DNA of 60,000 bases from Camelus ferus (taxonomy: Eukaryota). The position numbers and the translations under genes are program-made. Under the pieces are notes generated by a model. The model saw only the letters and a program-made list of their open reading frames with translations, searched no databases and was not told the DNA's origin. The DNA lies in NCBI RefSeq assembly GCF_009834535.1, contig NC_045697.1:27654001-27714000 (forward strand), given 5' to 3'. Positions 1 through 11,477 of this stretch are shown piece by piece (position 1 is the first letter of the stretch; the number at the start of each line of letters is the position of its first letter).

Positions 1-19
1 TGATCCAGTAGGTTAATTA

Positions 20-335
20 ACTTAGAGATGAGCTGTACAATGGAGTACCAGGTAGCCATTTAACATTTTTCTGTGGATGTATAATTTTTAGTCACAGGAC
101 AGTGTAAGCAAAAATAAGAAAGAATATACAAAAGAATCTGTAATACATCCACGTTTGTGTGTGTGTGTGTGTAAAATATACATACACATTGAAAAATAAA
201 ACTGGATATACATCAAAATGTTAACAATGATTATATCTGGGTAGTGAAATTAAGGATAATTTTATTTATTAATTTCTTGGCTATATTTTCTAATGTTCCT
301 ACAATGTTCACACACAATTTGTACCATTTAAAAAA
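20..335 (+). mobile_element. Ancient LINE-1 3' end (L1ME3/L1ME4-like)
   Basis: catcaaaatgttaacaatgattatatctgggtagtgaaatt...tattttctaatgttcctacaatg resembles the L1ME 3' UTR; contains a short (GT)n near 155-172. Confidence 0.65.
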
Positions 336-1576
336 CTCACAATGTGTTTTTTGGTTTATTTTTTGTTTTTTAAGTGATGCTGGCTGTTTTTAAATTCCTG
401 ATTTCTTTGTGGATTAGGTCTGGCTGATGGCACAGAGACCCTCTGGACCTTTCTACCTGACATTGAGAACATGGTCTCTGCACACAATGTCTGTACCCTC
501 CCACTTCTGTCCCCCAAACAGGTTGCCACATGCATCTGGCTGTCACTCAGTCTCAGCCCAAGGTCACCCAAGTGACTCACACTTCAACAATAACACCTCC
601 TTGAAAAGAAATCTTTTACCATAGCATCATGTTATTACTGGTCCCCAAAATGCTAAACAACAGATCTAATCTAAACCACAACAAATTAATTCCATGCTAG
701 GTATTGGTGGTAGAGATAGCTTTGTAAAAAAAAAAAGAAAGTATAAATGCTCAGGGAGTGGAAGGCTGCAGAAAAACACAAATATTTGTCCTATAAACAC
801 TTATTAGATAATCACTGTCATTGGTAAAACCATTTACAAAAAAGCACACATTATGCATTTTTATTGTTTGTTTAGAAAATAAAATTATGCTGTATTAAAT
901 GCTCTTTAGTCTCTGCTTTTATTTTCTTCCTCTAGATTCTTCGTAGATGTATTTTAAGAGTGAACAGAGATGTGGAGAGTGTGAGAGAGAAGGGTTAGGG
1001 TGCTAGAGGAAAGGAAGGATGGAGTGAGAGAGTCTGGGAATTTATGGTAACTGAGTGCCTGCCAGGCGCCAGGTGCTGCACCAGGTGCTGGGGTGCACTG
1101 CCCACTCGTGAAGGAGGCACAGGCGAGGCTCAGAGAGCCCCAGCCAGCACAAAGAAAGATTAGGGCAAAAAGAAGAAAGAAAAAACACAGCAAGTGGGGA
1201 CATTATAAGCCCACGGCCGTTGGGGAATCACTGAACAGGAGTGCTCTGTGGGAATAGAAAGGGAGAAGGGAGCCACAGAGGCAAGACTCCCCCGAGCTCT
1301 CCTTTTTCTAAGCCCATTTGTGATCACAATGGGCACATTTGGCAGGAGGTCAAAAGTACACTCTGCTGTTCTTGTTGAAATGGGACGTGGTGCTGAAGCA
1401 GTGGAGGAACTGGGCAAGGAGGGGTGAGGAAATTGGGAAGAGGGAAGAGAATGGAGTTACCATTTCTAGGTAATAAGTCAGTCTGGGTGAGGAAGAGAAA
1501 GGGTTGGGGGAGGCAGTGTCATTCCATTCTATGATAGTGAGACCTCCCGTGCTTTATTAAGGAAAGACAAAAAGCT

Positions 1577-1603
1577 AAAAAAAAAAAAAAAAAAAAAAAA
1601 AAA
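1577..1603 (+). repeat. Poly(A) tract, 27 nt
   Basis: Uninterrupted A run read directly. Confidence 0.95.
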
Positions 1604-1679
1604 GACTCTTTTAGCCTTTTTGCCAAGCCTCAAAGAATACAGAAATTGTTGAATAATCAGGCTTCATCAGGAGAAAGGC

Positions 1680-2024
1680 AGGGTGGTCTGAATGCTGTGT
1701 CCCTCCAAAATTCATATGTTGGAATCCCGCCCCCTAAAGTGGTGGTATGAGGAGATAGGGCCTTTGGGGTGATTAGAACATGAAAGCAGGACCATCCTGG
1801 TGGGGATTAGTGCCTTTGTGAAAAAGAGCTGGCTTGTCCCTTCTGCCCGGTGAGGTGACAGGGAGAGGATCATCAGTGAGGAAGCTGATTCTCATGACAC
1901 TGAATCTGCTGCCACCTTGATCTCAGAATTCCCGGCCTCCAGAACTGTGAGAAATAAATTTCTATTGCTTCTAAGCTGCCTACTTTATGGTATTTTGTTA
2001 CAGCAGCCCAACAAGACTAAGACA
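1680..2024 (+). mobile_element. MaLR solo LTR (MLT1A0-like)
   Basis: ggtctgaatgctgtgtccctccaaaattcatatgttg...gcctccagaactgtgagaaataaatttc...gactaagaca. Confidence 0.9.
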
Positions 2025-2449
2025 CGGAGAAACCCTGAGGTCAGGGCTCAAGGAGACAATGCCACAGGTTTTCTCAATGTCCCCTGATAAACAGGCCCGC
2101 CCTGCTCTTCTAGTGCATGCCATTAGAACCACCTCCTCTAACTCCTTGTTTCACGGGTCACTCCTGGCTGCTTCCACTACTGTAACTGACACTTCTCTGT
2201 ATCATGGTTCAGATTCCTGACACAGAGGATCTGATTGGTTCACTTGGTGATTATTGTCACCAGTGGACGAAGCTTGCATGTTAGACCACCTCATGGCCCA
2301 CTAGCCAGCTTATAGATCGTCCGCCTTCGGTTAACGTGATGTCCAAGCACAGGATCATGTGGTGGAGATCTCGGCCCCTTACTCTCAGAGAACCACCCAG
2401 TCCCTCAGCAAGGGACTGAGAGTAGGAAGAACCCAGACTGTAACAGTTG

Positions 2450-2900
2450 TGTCAAGAACCTTGAAGCGTCTGAGATTTTGCCCTACTTGCAAACAAACAA
2501 ATTAGTCTGCTACAGTTCACGGAAGCTGGGAGAAGACATGGGACTTCTGCGTCTGAGACAAAGGCCAGTTGATGACTCACAGCAAAAGCAGCAGCCAGAG
2601 TATAAGCATTTGTGTCAGCTTCCTAGTCCTCAGTTCCCACAGGGTGATGAGAAGAGGGCCAGGTGACCCTGTTCCAGCAGGAATTTCATTACAGGAGAGG
2701 AACCTCTGCTTAGGGAACCTGAGTATTTTATAACGGCAGTAAGCGTTCTGCCCTTTGAACTGGTGGGAGAGAATACTTCTACCTTCCAAGTCTGTTCATC
2801 ATACAAATATCCTTAAAAAGAAATTCTCAAAGAGGGTCAGTGTCGCTGCTCACAAGATGTGCCAAACTCAAGAGACCCATGGCAACACTTTCTTGCAACA
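2450..2900 (-). mobile_element. ERVL solo LTR (LTR40-like), full length
   Basis: tgtcaagaac...gagattttgccctacttgcaa...gagacccatgg...gcaaca matches the reverse complement of LTR40; TG...CA termini; flanks agttg/agttt (4/5 TSD). Confidence 0.8.
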
Positions 2901-3174
2901 AGTTTCTTTCCTGATACACATCAAATGATGACAGATTTACTCTGGAGGTGGTTGACTACAGTCCAGAAGGCAGAATCAAGGAGGTACAGGATGCCACATT
3001 TAAAAAAAATCTTTTAAGTAGTCAAAATCAATCTTTGAATTTCCCTCTGACCTCTCTACATGTCTTCCAGTGCTTCCTGCTTCATCTGCTGTTTGAGTCA
3101 GGCCCCCTGAAGCCCCTCAAAGTTCACCTGCTCTGAGTCATAATTTCTTTGACTCCATCATGATATTTCAACAA

Positions 3175-3300
3175 ACTTTATTATTTATCAAACATACAAA
3201 TCTGTGCTGCATTCTAAGCATTTTTCTATGAACTCATTTAGTGTTTGTACCAACCCTAGAAGGTAGGCACTATTATTGTCCCCATTCTTCAGATGAGGAC
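3175..3300 (-). mobile_element. MIR SINE fragment
   Basis: aaccctagaaggtaggcactattattgtccccattcttcagatgagga = MIR core, reverse orientation. Confidence 0.8.
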
Positions 3301-3634
3301 GTTGTGCTATTACAGTTAGTCTAATAAAACACATGCACTGTTGTGGAAATAGGCAGTAATAGCTAAAGCTTTAAATGATTCTAGAAATGTTTAAAGGACT
3401 TGTAGAAAAACAGGAAGCAACACTAGTTACTGTAGCGGTCCTCTCCAGGGAGGAATTTCAGCACAATGGAGAATATATCTTTGAGGAAAGGGACCCATTA
3501 ACATTCTTTCAACCATTGTCCTCGAATTCTCATATGTGGTCAGGATGCAGGGAGGGTCCAGAACAACTGGTTTCAACCCATCCTTAACTGCAGTTCAGAG
3601 CCACTCTGAGTAATTGGCTGGTTATTTGTCCATA

Positions 3635-3742
3635 GCTAAGATGATGTCTAGTTCACTGCTGTGTCCGCAGTGTTCAGCCAGTGCCCAGTTCCTCACGGGA
3701 GTCCAAATGTGCACTGAGGGACTGGCTGCCTAAATGAATGAT
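3635..3742 (+). mobile_element. L2 3' end fragment
   Basis: tgtctagttcactgctgtgtccgcagtg...aaatgaatga. Confidence 0.55.
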
Positions 3743-3826
3743 AAAATGGATGGGAACTAAGAAGTTTTGATCTTCACTTAAGCAAGAAGATCTTCCTGGA
3801 CTAGAAAAAACTGGTGCAATTGGTTC

Positions 3827-3978
3827 TTTTTTTTTTTTAATTTTGTTTTTGTTTTCTTTTGTAGGGGTAAGTAATTAGGTTTATTTACTTATTTATTTTT
3901 AATGGAGGTACTGGGGACTGAACACAGGACCTTGTGCATGCTAGGCATGCACTCTGCCACTGAGCTATACCCTCCCTC
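3827..3978 (-). mobile_element. Camelid tRNA-derived SINE (Vic-1 type)
   Basis: Minus strand reads gggagggtatagctcagtggcagagtgcatgcctagcatgcacaaggtcctgtgttcagtccccagtacctcc (A and B boxes), then an AT-rich tail and poly(A). Confidence 0.88.
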
Positions 3979-4331
3979 CTGTAACTGCATCTTAAATCAA
4001 AGGATGAAGCTATGCCTCAGTATATAAAGGGAGGAAGTTATTCCAGACATACAAGATAATAGAAGAAAGGAGAAATAAATGGATATTTTAAAAAAAATTT
4101 GATCGGACAAACAAAGCAAAACAAAACATGGATTGGAGGGAGAAGAAAGAGGACATGGTTGAGGGCAACTGAGAGAGTGCCCTCAATTTTCTGATTGACT
4201 TGGGGAACATAAAGTAAAAGGCAGTAGGTAGAACTATCAGGCAGCCAGAAATGCTGGATGCTCCACTTTCAGGAAATGACTAGAGAAAGAAGTTGCTGGA
4301 AGGTGGGAGGACAATACTGATATTGGTGATG

Positions 4332-4555
4332 GCTACAATTTATGGATCACACACTGTTGTTCCGAGCAGGATTCTCTGCTTTGTGCTTATCGATTCATTT
4401 CAGTCCAACTCTGTGAACTAGGTTCTATAATTATCATCACCACCATTTTATGAATGATAAAACTGAGTAACAGATGTTAAGTAACTTATCAAAGTCACAC
4501 AGCTTGTGCGGAGCAAAGTGGAGGTCTGAATCTAGGCAGTTTGCTCAGAGTCTGT
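4332..4555 (-). mobile_element. MIR SINE
   Basis: ccattttatgaatgataaaactgag...gttaagtaacttatcaaagtcacacagct...tgaatctaggcagt. Confidence 0.85.
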
Positions 4556-4859
4556 ATCATATACCGTTTACCATTTATCACCTCTCCTCTAATACAGACT
4601 ACCTCTGTGTAAGGGCAGTAGCCATGTCAAATAAATCAACAATTTAAATTTTTTAAAGTGTTTTTGTTATGCAAATGTCCTCTCACCCTTATAACCATAT
4701 TGCGCATGCATGCGCACACACACAAACACACACACACCCCACCTCCCATCCCTGCTCAAACCACTCCCATATGGAAATTCTAGAGCTGCCATCTTACTAG
4801 CATCTGGCTAAGAGTTGACAGTAGGGACCAGAGGAAGCCCTTAGGAACAGGAAGCAATT

Positions 4860-5358
4860 CAACTACCCCAAAACTGGAGGGATTCTCAACAACTAAATGT
4901 AGTGTAGGAAAATAAAGTAAAGATGGGGAGGGGGCTGTTCTAGATGGCAAGTGGCTAAAGAGACATTACCACCAATACAACGCATGAAACTTGATTTTAA
5001 AAAAAACCCACTAGAGACAGTTGAGGAATGGTTAAGAGATTCACCACTGAACTAGGTAGTACATGATATTGAGGAATTATAGTTAATTTTCTTGGGTCTG
5101 ATCATGGTCATGTGATTATGTAGGAAATGCTCCATATTCTTAGGAGATGAAGACGGAATGATGCTTTTGGGGCTGAAGAGTCATGGTTTCTGAAACTAAC
5201 TTTCCAATGGCTCAGAAAGAAACATAGAAAGGTTGATTGATTAGTCAGTCAAATAGGGCAGAATGTCAGCAATTGCTGAATTTGGTGGAGGCTAGGGCAG
5301 ATGTGCACTGAAATATTCTTTTAGGGTTTTTGTATTTTATTTTCATAATAATAAATTT
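4860..5358 (+). mobile_element. Ancient LINE-1 3' end (L1MC5-like)
   Basis: gatattgaggaattatagttaattttcttggg...tgtgattatgtaggaaatg...aactaactttccaatggctcagaaa. Confidence 0.7.
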
Positions 5359-5689
5359 GGGAGGAAAGAACCTAGAGAGAGGAGGCAGTGATTACTTACA
5401 GACTGGCTGAAGAAGGCAGGGAACTTGGCCAATGTGAAGGCGTTTGGAGGGAGTTACAAAGCTCAGGATTGGCCACACAAGGTTGAATGCAAATACTTTC
5501 TCAATAAAACAGAATCTGGACAGAGGACCGGATGGGAGATTTGGCAGCCTTTCCAATAAAGATAGCAGGGGCAGCTGTAGAAGTAATAAAACTGCCTGGA
5601 CTCATCTGTAAAGGCGAGAGGAGCAGACTCAAGACAGAGAAAGATGCATGTTCCAGTGATTTTCTGTGAACAGCTGGAGCTGGTCGGCC

Positions 5690-5875
5690 AGAGTGGAAAC
5701 CCTTGCTCCACGGCTCACTAGTCATGTGACCTTGGACCAGTTAACTTCTCTGATATACAGTTCCCTCGACTAGTCCTTAACTCATGGAATTGGTGTGCAT
5801 AAAGGTTAAAGAGAATGATGTGTATAAAATTCTCAGCACAGGGCCCCACAGTGAGTATTCAACAAACGTTGGTCT
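5690..5875 (+). mobile_element. MIR SINE
   Basis: cactagtcatgtgaccttggaccagttaacttctctg...cacagtgagtattcaacaaacgttg. Confidence 0.75.
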
Positions 5876-6814
5876 CATTTTTATCACATGACGGAGAAGG
5901 ATGCAGTAAAAGAGAACACTTACTTGCCACCAACTACAGCAGCCAAAACATCCCAACCCACATCTCCTGCAACTTTGTTTACAATTGCATATATGTTCGG
6001 GTTATTTTAATTTCTTTCTTTTAAGTGAAGTTGTGTGGCCCGGGGTTAGCAGTGAGGCTGCTGAAGTTAAACAGTGGAGGCGATTAAGCTGCAGCATGGA
6101 AAATAAACATTGACGTCTCTGCTTCAGTGTTTATCTTCAACGATACCTCACCTTTGCCTGGGTAATTATCTCTCTAGAGCAGACAGTTATCCAGCATCGA
6201 CAGGTAATTCCATTAACCTCACCACTTCAGTCCAGCCTTTCGGGCCACTCCGGGTCTCCTGGCTGCCTGTGAAGTCTTAGGGACCTCATATCATTTTGAA
6301 ATTAAAAAGAGAAAGTAAATTATTCAAGCACATTAATTTTTCCCTGAATAAACCTCAGTACATCCTTGACTCATTGTTCCTAAAAAAATATTACTGCCAA
6401 GAATCTTATCTGTAGCAATTCAGTGCTAACTTTAGTATGGGTTGGAGGGATGGTGGTAGTTGAACATTACTGGTCACTGGTGAGCTGGCTTCTAAATGTT
6501 TGAGGATGAGAAATAGGTCGGGGAACATGGGGTGGTCTCTGGAGACTTTGAAATGTTAGCGAGCACATTCTGGAAACAAAATCCGGATCACATATACACT
6601 TAGCAGACATGATGGTGACCCAGAGATTTACCAAAGAAGATAAATAAAGCAAGTTTCATGAGAAATTCCACCTCTGCTTCCATTATTTGCAATAAGAGTA
6701 GACTGTCCCTCCAGGCCTTTGATCTGAAGCCTTGCCTTTTGATGGTCTCATGGTGGATTGGCTGTTTTAGCAGAGCATGTGTGAGAGTAATTAGCGATAA
6801 TCTCCCATGTGTGA

Positions 6815-7000
6815 GGAGTCTTACAGTTTACAAGGCACTTCCCTCCACAGTATGTCCCTTAATCCCCAAATCCTCACAGTAGTCTTGCAGGTTAGAGTTG
6901 TTACTCCCTCTCCTGGGATCCCCCAGGCACACGCTCCTCATCACAAGGTAAGGACCCTGAGGCCCAGAGAGGTTAAGAAGCATATCTGACATCGCGTGTC
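6815..7000 (-). mobile_element. MIR SINE fragment
   Basis: cttacagtttacaaggcacttc...ctgaggcccagagaggttaag. Confidence 0.65.
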
Positions 7001-9704
7001 GAAGACTTGAATGGAAGTCTTTGGGCACTGAAGATCCTACGTGGCTTCTCTTTAAAAGAAGGGAAGTGTTTATCATTTCATTTTCCTGTGTGCAGGAGGC
7101 TTCAGGCGTTCTGTCAGTGCTAAAGATTTATCTTCTTTCAAAGATAGGAAGTCAGGGTGTCTGCAGAGCACACGTTTCCCCCACTGGACTGACCCCAAGG
7201 TGACCTTTACACTCATCGTCACTATCTGTTAATCCCTTGTGTCTGGGTTCCCACTGAAGTGTTGACAGAATGAACGAGTGGGGTGTGATAACGGATGCAT
7301 CTCCCAAAGCTGACACATAGTAGGCATTCAAAAAAAGGCTTCTTCTAATGTAAAAACAATATTTATTTACTAGCTCTGGCAGCAGATTTGGTCAGGAAAG
7401 AGGTCAAAGGGTTGACTTAAATTAGGTTGGAAGGTTGGCTGGAATTCAATTACCCAGAACACTCTAGTCTCCCCTGCCAGCCATGATTAATGGAAGCTGG
7501 TGAAAGCAGGCTGGGGTTGGTAACACTGCAATCAACCCTTGCTGGGGAATGAAGATGTGGGAATTATCTCACAAGCATCCTGAGGCTGGATGAGATTTCT
7601 TAGGTTGGAAATATCCCTGTGGTTTAGCCTAATGACAGCAGGGCTCGGATTTGGAGACAAAGGGCACACACAACAAAGCTGGCCAATCCTTGCTCCTAGT
7701 TTTTCTCACAGTCATGCTGGCTAAGGAGTCAAAGTCGGACGTGAATAAATTATCATCGAGGGCTGTGGATGGTTTGGATAAGATCTTTAAAGAACAGCTT
7801 TGCTCTTGGTTATTTAGGACATATATTAGGGGAAGAGGCCAACTGAAAATTAAAGAATGTTATCCATTAAAAGAAGAAATCTACACATTCCTCTTTTCTA
7901 ATATAGATTTCCCTGCTCAATCTCACCCTGAAGTTTATCTAATCTCATTTCAGTGATGGAGAACTCAGGACTCAGCTATATGTTTCTTTTCATGTAAAAA
8001 CATTCTTTTGGAGCTGATCTCTGGAAAGGTATTTTGAAAATATGTTGATGATAATAGTTGTTAGTGTGTTTGCTTTTTCATTATTATCCGCTGACTTTTT
8101 GGAATTGGTTTTCAAGGAATTCCAGGCTTTTTGCCTTTGTCTAGCAACAGCACATCTGTTAGTAGGTGAAGGAAGCCCAAAAAGACACAACATATATTTC
8201 CCCTTGTTGTTAAATTCTAACTCTGCACTTCAATTTCTGTGCAGTCATGATTTCAGAGCCCAAAGCCTGTAGCCGGTCCTGATTTGCATAGCTGGCTTCT
8301 AGAGGCAAGTTAAGGAATCATTAAGACACCTACCCTTTGCCCCTTTCTTGGCCAAGTTGCTTAATTAACTTAGTTAAAATGCAGTTCAGTGTTAGGAGAG
8401 TAATTGCATTTATGTGTGTTAATAACTTATCTGTTCCTGTGCAATTGCCCACTTCACTCTAATAAAAAATATATGCATGTGATGTGACGTATGGATCTTC
8501 AAGCTCACAAAATGAGCTCAAACTTGAAAGAGATCCAGACTACAACAACGTTTATTATTTTTAGAGCATTACCTCGTCATTTTGATTAATTTGCTTGGAG
8601 TGCTTTTCCCTGCAGCTCCCCAGGGAGAGGTGGGGGAAAAGATGGTAAAACATAAATTTCCTTTGGTGACGAGTTCACATCTGTTTAGAACTGCAACATG
8701 GCAAATCATTGTGAAATCTTCTAATGGATGCCTGGCCAATGCCAAATAAGCCCAGGACCAAAAGCACATAAAGAAATAATTGAAAGACACTGGACTGAAT
8801 CCAAGAGGCCGTGGCTAATGTTTCACCTAATCTCCCTCTGGGTCTCTCCTGCCTGCCACGGTGGCCCTACCTACAAGATAGGCACTTCAGAGCTTTCTTG
8901 CAGCTGCTTCTTGGTTGTTTGCACTCTCTAACCCCCTGGCAGAAGAATGAGAGCTGCTATGAAGCCAAAAGCATAAAAGGGGGAAAAAGTAGGACTCACA
9001 GCAGGAAGGGGGAGCTGTTGGAGGTTAGCACACGTCTTCTGAAAGGGTTAATTCCCCTCTGATGGCGTTGGGGGCTCATCTGGGACAGACCTCAACCTTC
9101 ATAGAACTGGCCCACCGGCCAGGGAGAGGTCCCCAGGTGGCACAGATCACATCCCAGATTCCAGGACTCTGCAGTTTAGGGTGGGGTGGGGTATAAGAGC
9201 TGGGAACAAAAGTTTCAAAAAAGAAAAAAAAAACTGCCTGTTTTGTTTTTAATTCTTTTTATCTTGGCTTTATCTCTTGCGCTGCTGACTCCAGAACCTT
9301 AGAAGCTAAGGGTGGGGTTGGGTGGGGCTCAGTGATGGTTTTTTTCTTAAAGGGAAAGAATAGGGAAGTCTCCTGGAACATTTACACTTTGCTTGAACCT
9401 GATTACAGTCAAGTAAAAACCATTGAGCAATGTCCGGTTTTATCACTGTGGAGCCGGCATTTGCAAAGGTGGCATCAACACATCAGAGAGCAGAAGGGAA
9501 TTCTGCTGCCACTCACGGAAGAATTCGGACCTGTTAGATATATTATGCTGTCTTGATGATTTCAACCCGACTAAGCCAGGCTTTGAGCTTCAAGACAATA
9601 TGCTTGGAATTGGCAACAAAATGATCATTTATTGCAAGTAAGGGCTACTTAGCTTTGGGTATTTCAGGACACATCCTGTATTTAGATACTGTATTCTACC
9701 CTTC

Positions 9705-9785
9705 AAAAAGAACAAAACAAAAACCAAAAAAAACCAAACAAACAAAAAGGCAAAACAAACAAACAAACAAAAAAAAAACAAATAA
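9705..9785 (+). repeat. A-rich (AAAC)n-like simple repeat
   Basis: aaaagaacaaaacaaaaaccaaaaaaaaccaaacaaac... Confidence 0.9.
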
Positions 9786-10094
9786 CCCCAAATGCTCAAT
9801 ACCACTCCCTCCCTCCCCCCAAAAGAATTTTAGCTAAGTTTGAGGCTTGGAGTTTATTTTTTGAACAGTAGAGATGCAGTATATATTCTAAGAAAACACA
9901 ATGGGTGAACATTTGAATTTGCCAAATTAAATATAGAGAATTATGCATTTTACAGAAGGATTTGTTATGGGGATTTTAAAGTAAAAACTCCTTAAATGTC
10001 TGTCAACTAGCGATATGTATGTTATATATGTTTACCTTTTAGGATCTTGTACAGGAAAGTTCTACTGTGTAAATATCATTCTTACCATGGAATG

Positions 10095-10235
10095 AGCAAG
10101 GTCCCTGGGGTTGAATCCCAGCTCTACCACTCATAGGCAGGTGGCTGTGGCCTAATTACTTCACCCCCCTGAGTCTCAGTTTCTCCCTCTGCAAAAGGAG
10201 GGCAGTATATGCCTGCCTTGTAAGATTTAAATGAG
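10095..10235 (+). mobile_element. MIR SINE
   Basis: cctggggttgaatcccagctctaccact...ctgagtctcagtttctccctctgcaaaa. Confidence 0.85.
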
Positions 10236-10449
10236 CTGCTTGCTACACCACCCAGTAGACGTTTCATGTCTCTTAGCTTCCTGGGGGTTCTCCTTCTTTC
10301 TCCTCCACCGAGACCACGTGGGGCAGCTGGCAGGGAACAAAAGAAAATTCAGCTTTAGATATTTTATATTTATATCAAATAAGATGTGACCACAATCGAA
10401 TAGGGACCAGACAGCAATGGCTGTTTCTGCCCTTCTCATTTTTTAAACA

Positions 10450-10667
10450 AATACTTACCTAGCACTTACCATGTGACAGGTACATTCTAAGCACTTGACA
10501 AACACTGACTCATTGAATCTTTCATAACAGCCCTATGAAATGTATACTATTATTATTCCCATTTTACAGTTGAAGAAGCAGAAGCAGATTGCTTAAATAA
10601 CTGGTCCAAGATCACATAACACAGGTAAGCGGCACAGCCAGCACCTGAACCCAGGCAATCTAGTCCA
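10450..10667 (-). mobile_element. MIR SINE, near full length
   Basis: agcacttaccatgtgacagg...tattattcccattttacagttgaagaa...ccaagatcaca...tgaacccaggcaatct. Confidence 0.9.
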
Positions 10668-11133
10668 TTCCCTCAGGAGGTGTCATGGCCACTTTCTTTA
10701 TTTGGGAAACCCTGCTGAGACCACAGCAAGCTGGATGAAATACCAGGGCCAGCTCTGCACACTATAAAACAACAGCAGAGCCAGAAGTCTTGAAGCTGTA
10801 AATGTCTCTGTTGATAAGCTTTGTGGAGCCACAGCCTCAGCCAGAGAGACTTCGATGAGGTTGGCTGAGCAAGCAGCAGGCTGATCTCCCCGGCCCCTGG
10901 CGCTCTGCCCATCTCTCCACTCCCACCGCCTAGGAGGGTGCAGCCTCGGCTCAAGTTTCTTCATTCTTCCTCACCCTCTTGGCTCAGTGAACATGAATTT
11001 GCTCGCTGTTGCGGCTGGAGTGGATGGGAGGGTGGCAGAGGGACGGAGGCGTTAAAGTCATCAAGAGGAAAAGAAATAACTTGTCTGAAACTTTTAGTAA
11101 CTTTCATTTTTTATTACAAAAGCAGTATGTGTT

Positions 11134-11455
11134 TGTGGCAGACATTTTAAAGGGGCTGACTCACCCCCATTTCCCAACCCCCTTCTCTCTTCTACTTTCC
11201 AGTTAGGGGTGGTCATGTGACACAAATCTGGCCAATTAGGTACAAGCCTATCGTGGAGTTCCTGGGAATGCTCTTGTTTTCCTAAGACAGGCGCTGGTCC
11301 TTCTGGTCCCCCTTACTACTCTAAATGCACATGTGATGACTGGAGGGGCAGTGGCCCCAAGTTAAGGCCATAAAGGGAAAGTCATGGAAATTTCAGACAT
11401 CAGTCCTAGACTGGTTGAGCTGCTGAGACACAGTAGTTTGGATTTTTGTTACAAT
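11134..11455 (+). mobile_element. ERVL LTR (LTR33-like)
   Basis: tgtggcagac...ttaggggtggtcatgtgacacaaatctggccaat...tgtgatgactggaggggcag. Confidence 0.65.
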
Positions 11456-11477
11456 CCTAGCTACACAATATTCTATA

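Noticed and set aside
1577..1603. Poly(A)27 as the tail of a processed pseudogene
   Set aside because: No recognisable mRNA body upstream and no clear TSD
3905..3976. tRNA-like sequence as a tRNA gene
   Set aside because: It is the head of a SINE, followed by the family tail and poly(A); the B box is mutated
6099..6138. Hairpin as a pre-miRNA
   Set aside because: Stem of about 15 bp is too short for a Drosha substrate and matches no miRNA I recognise; kept only as a FOX-site pair
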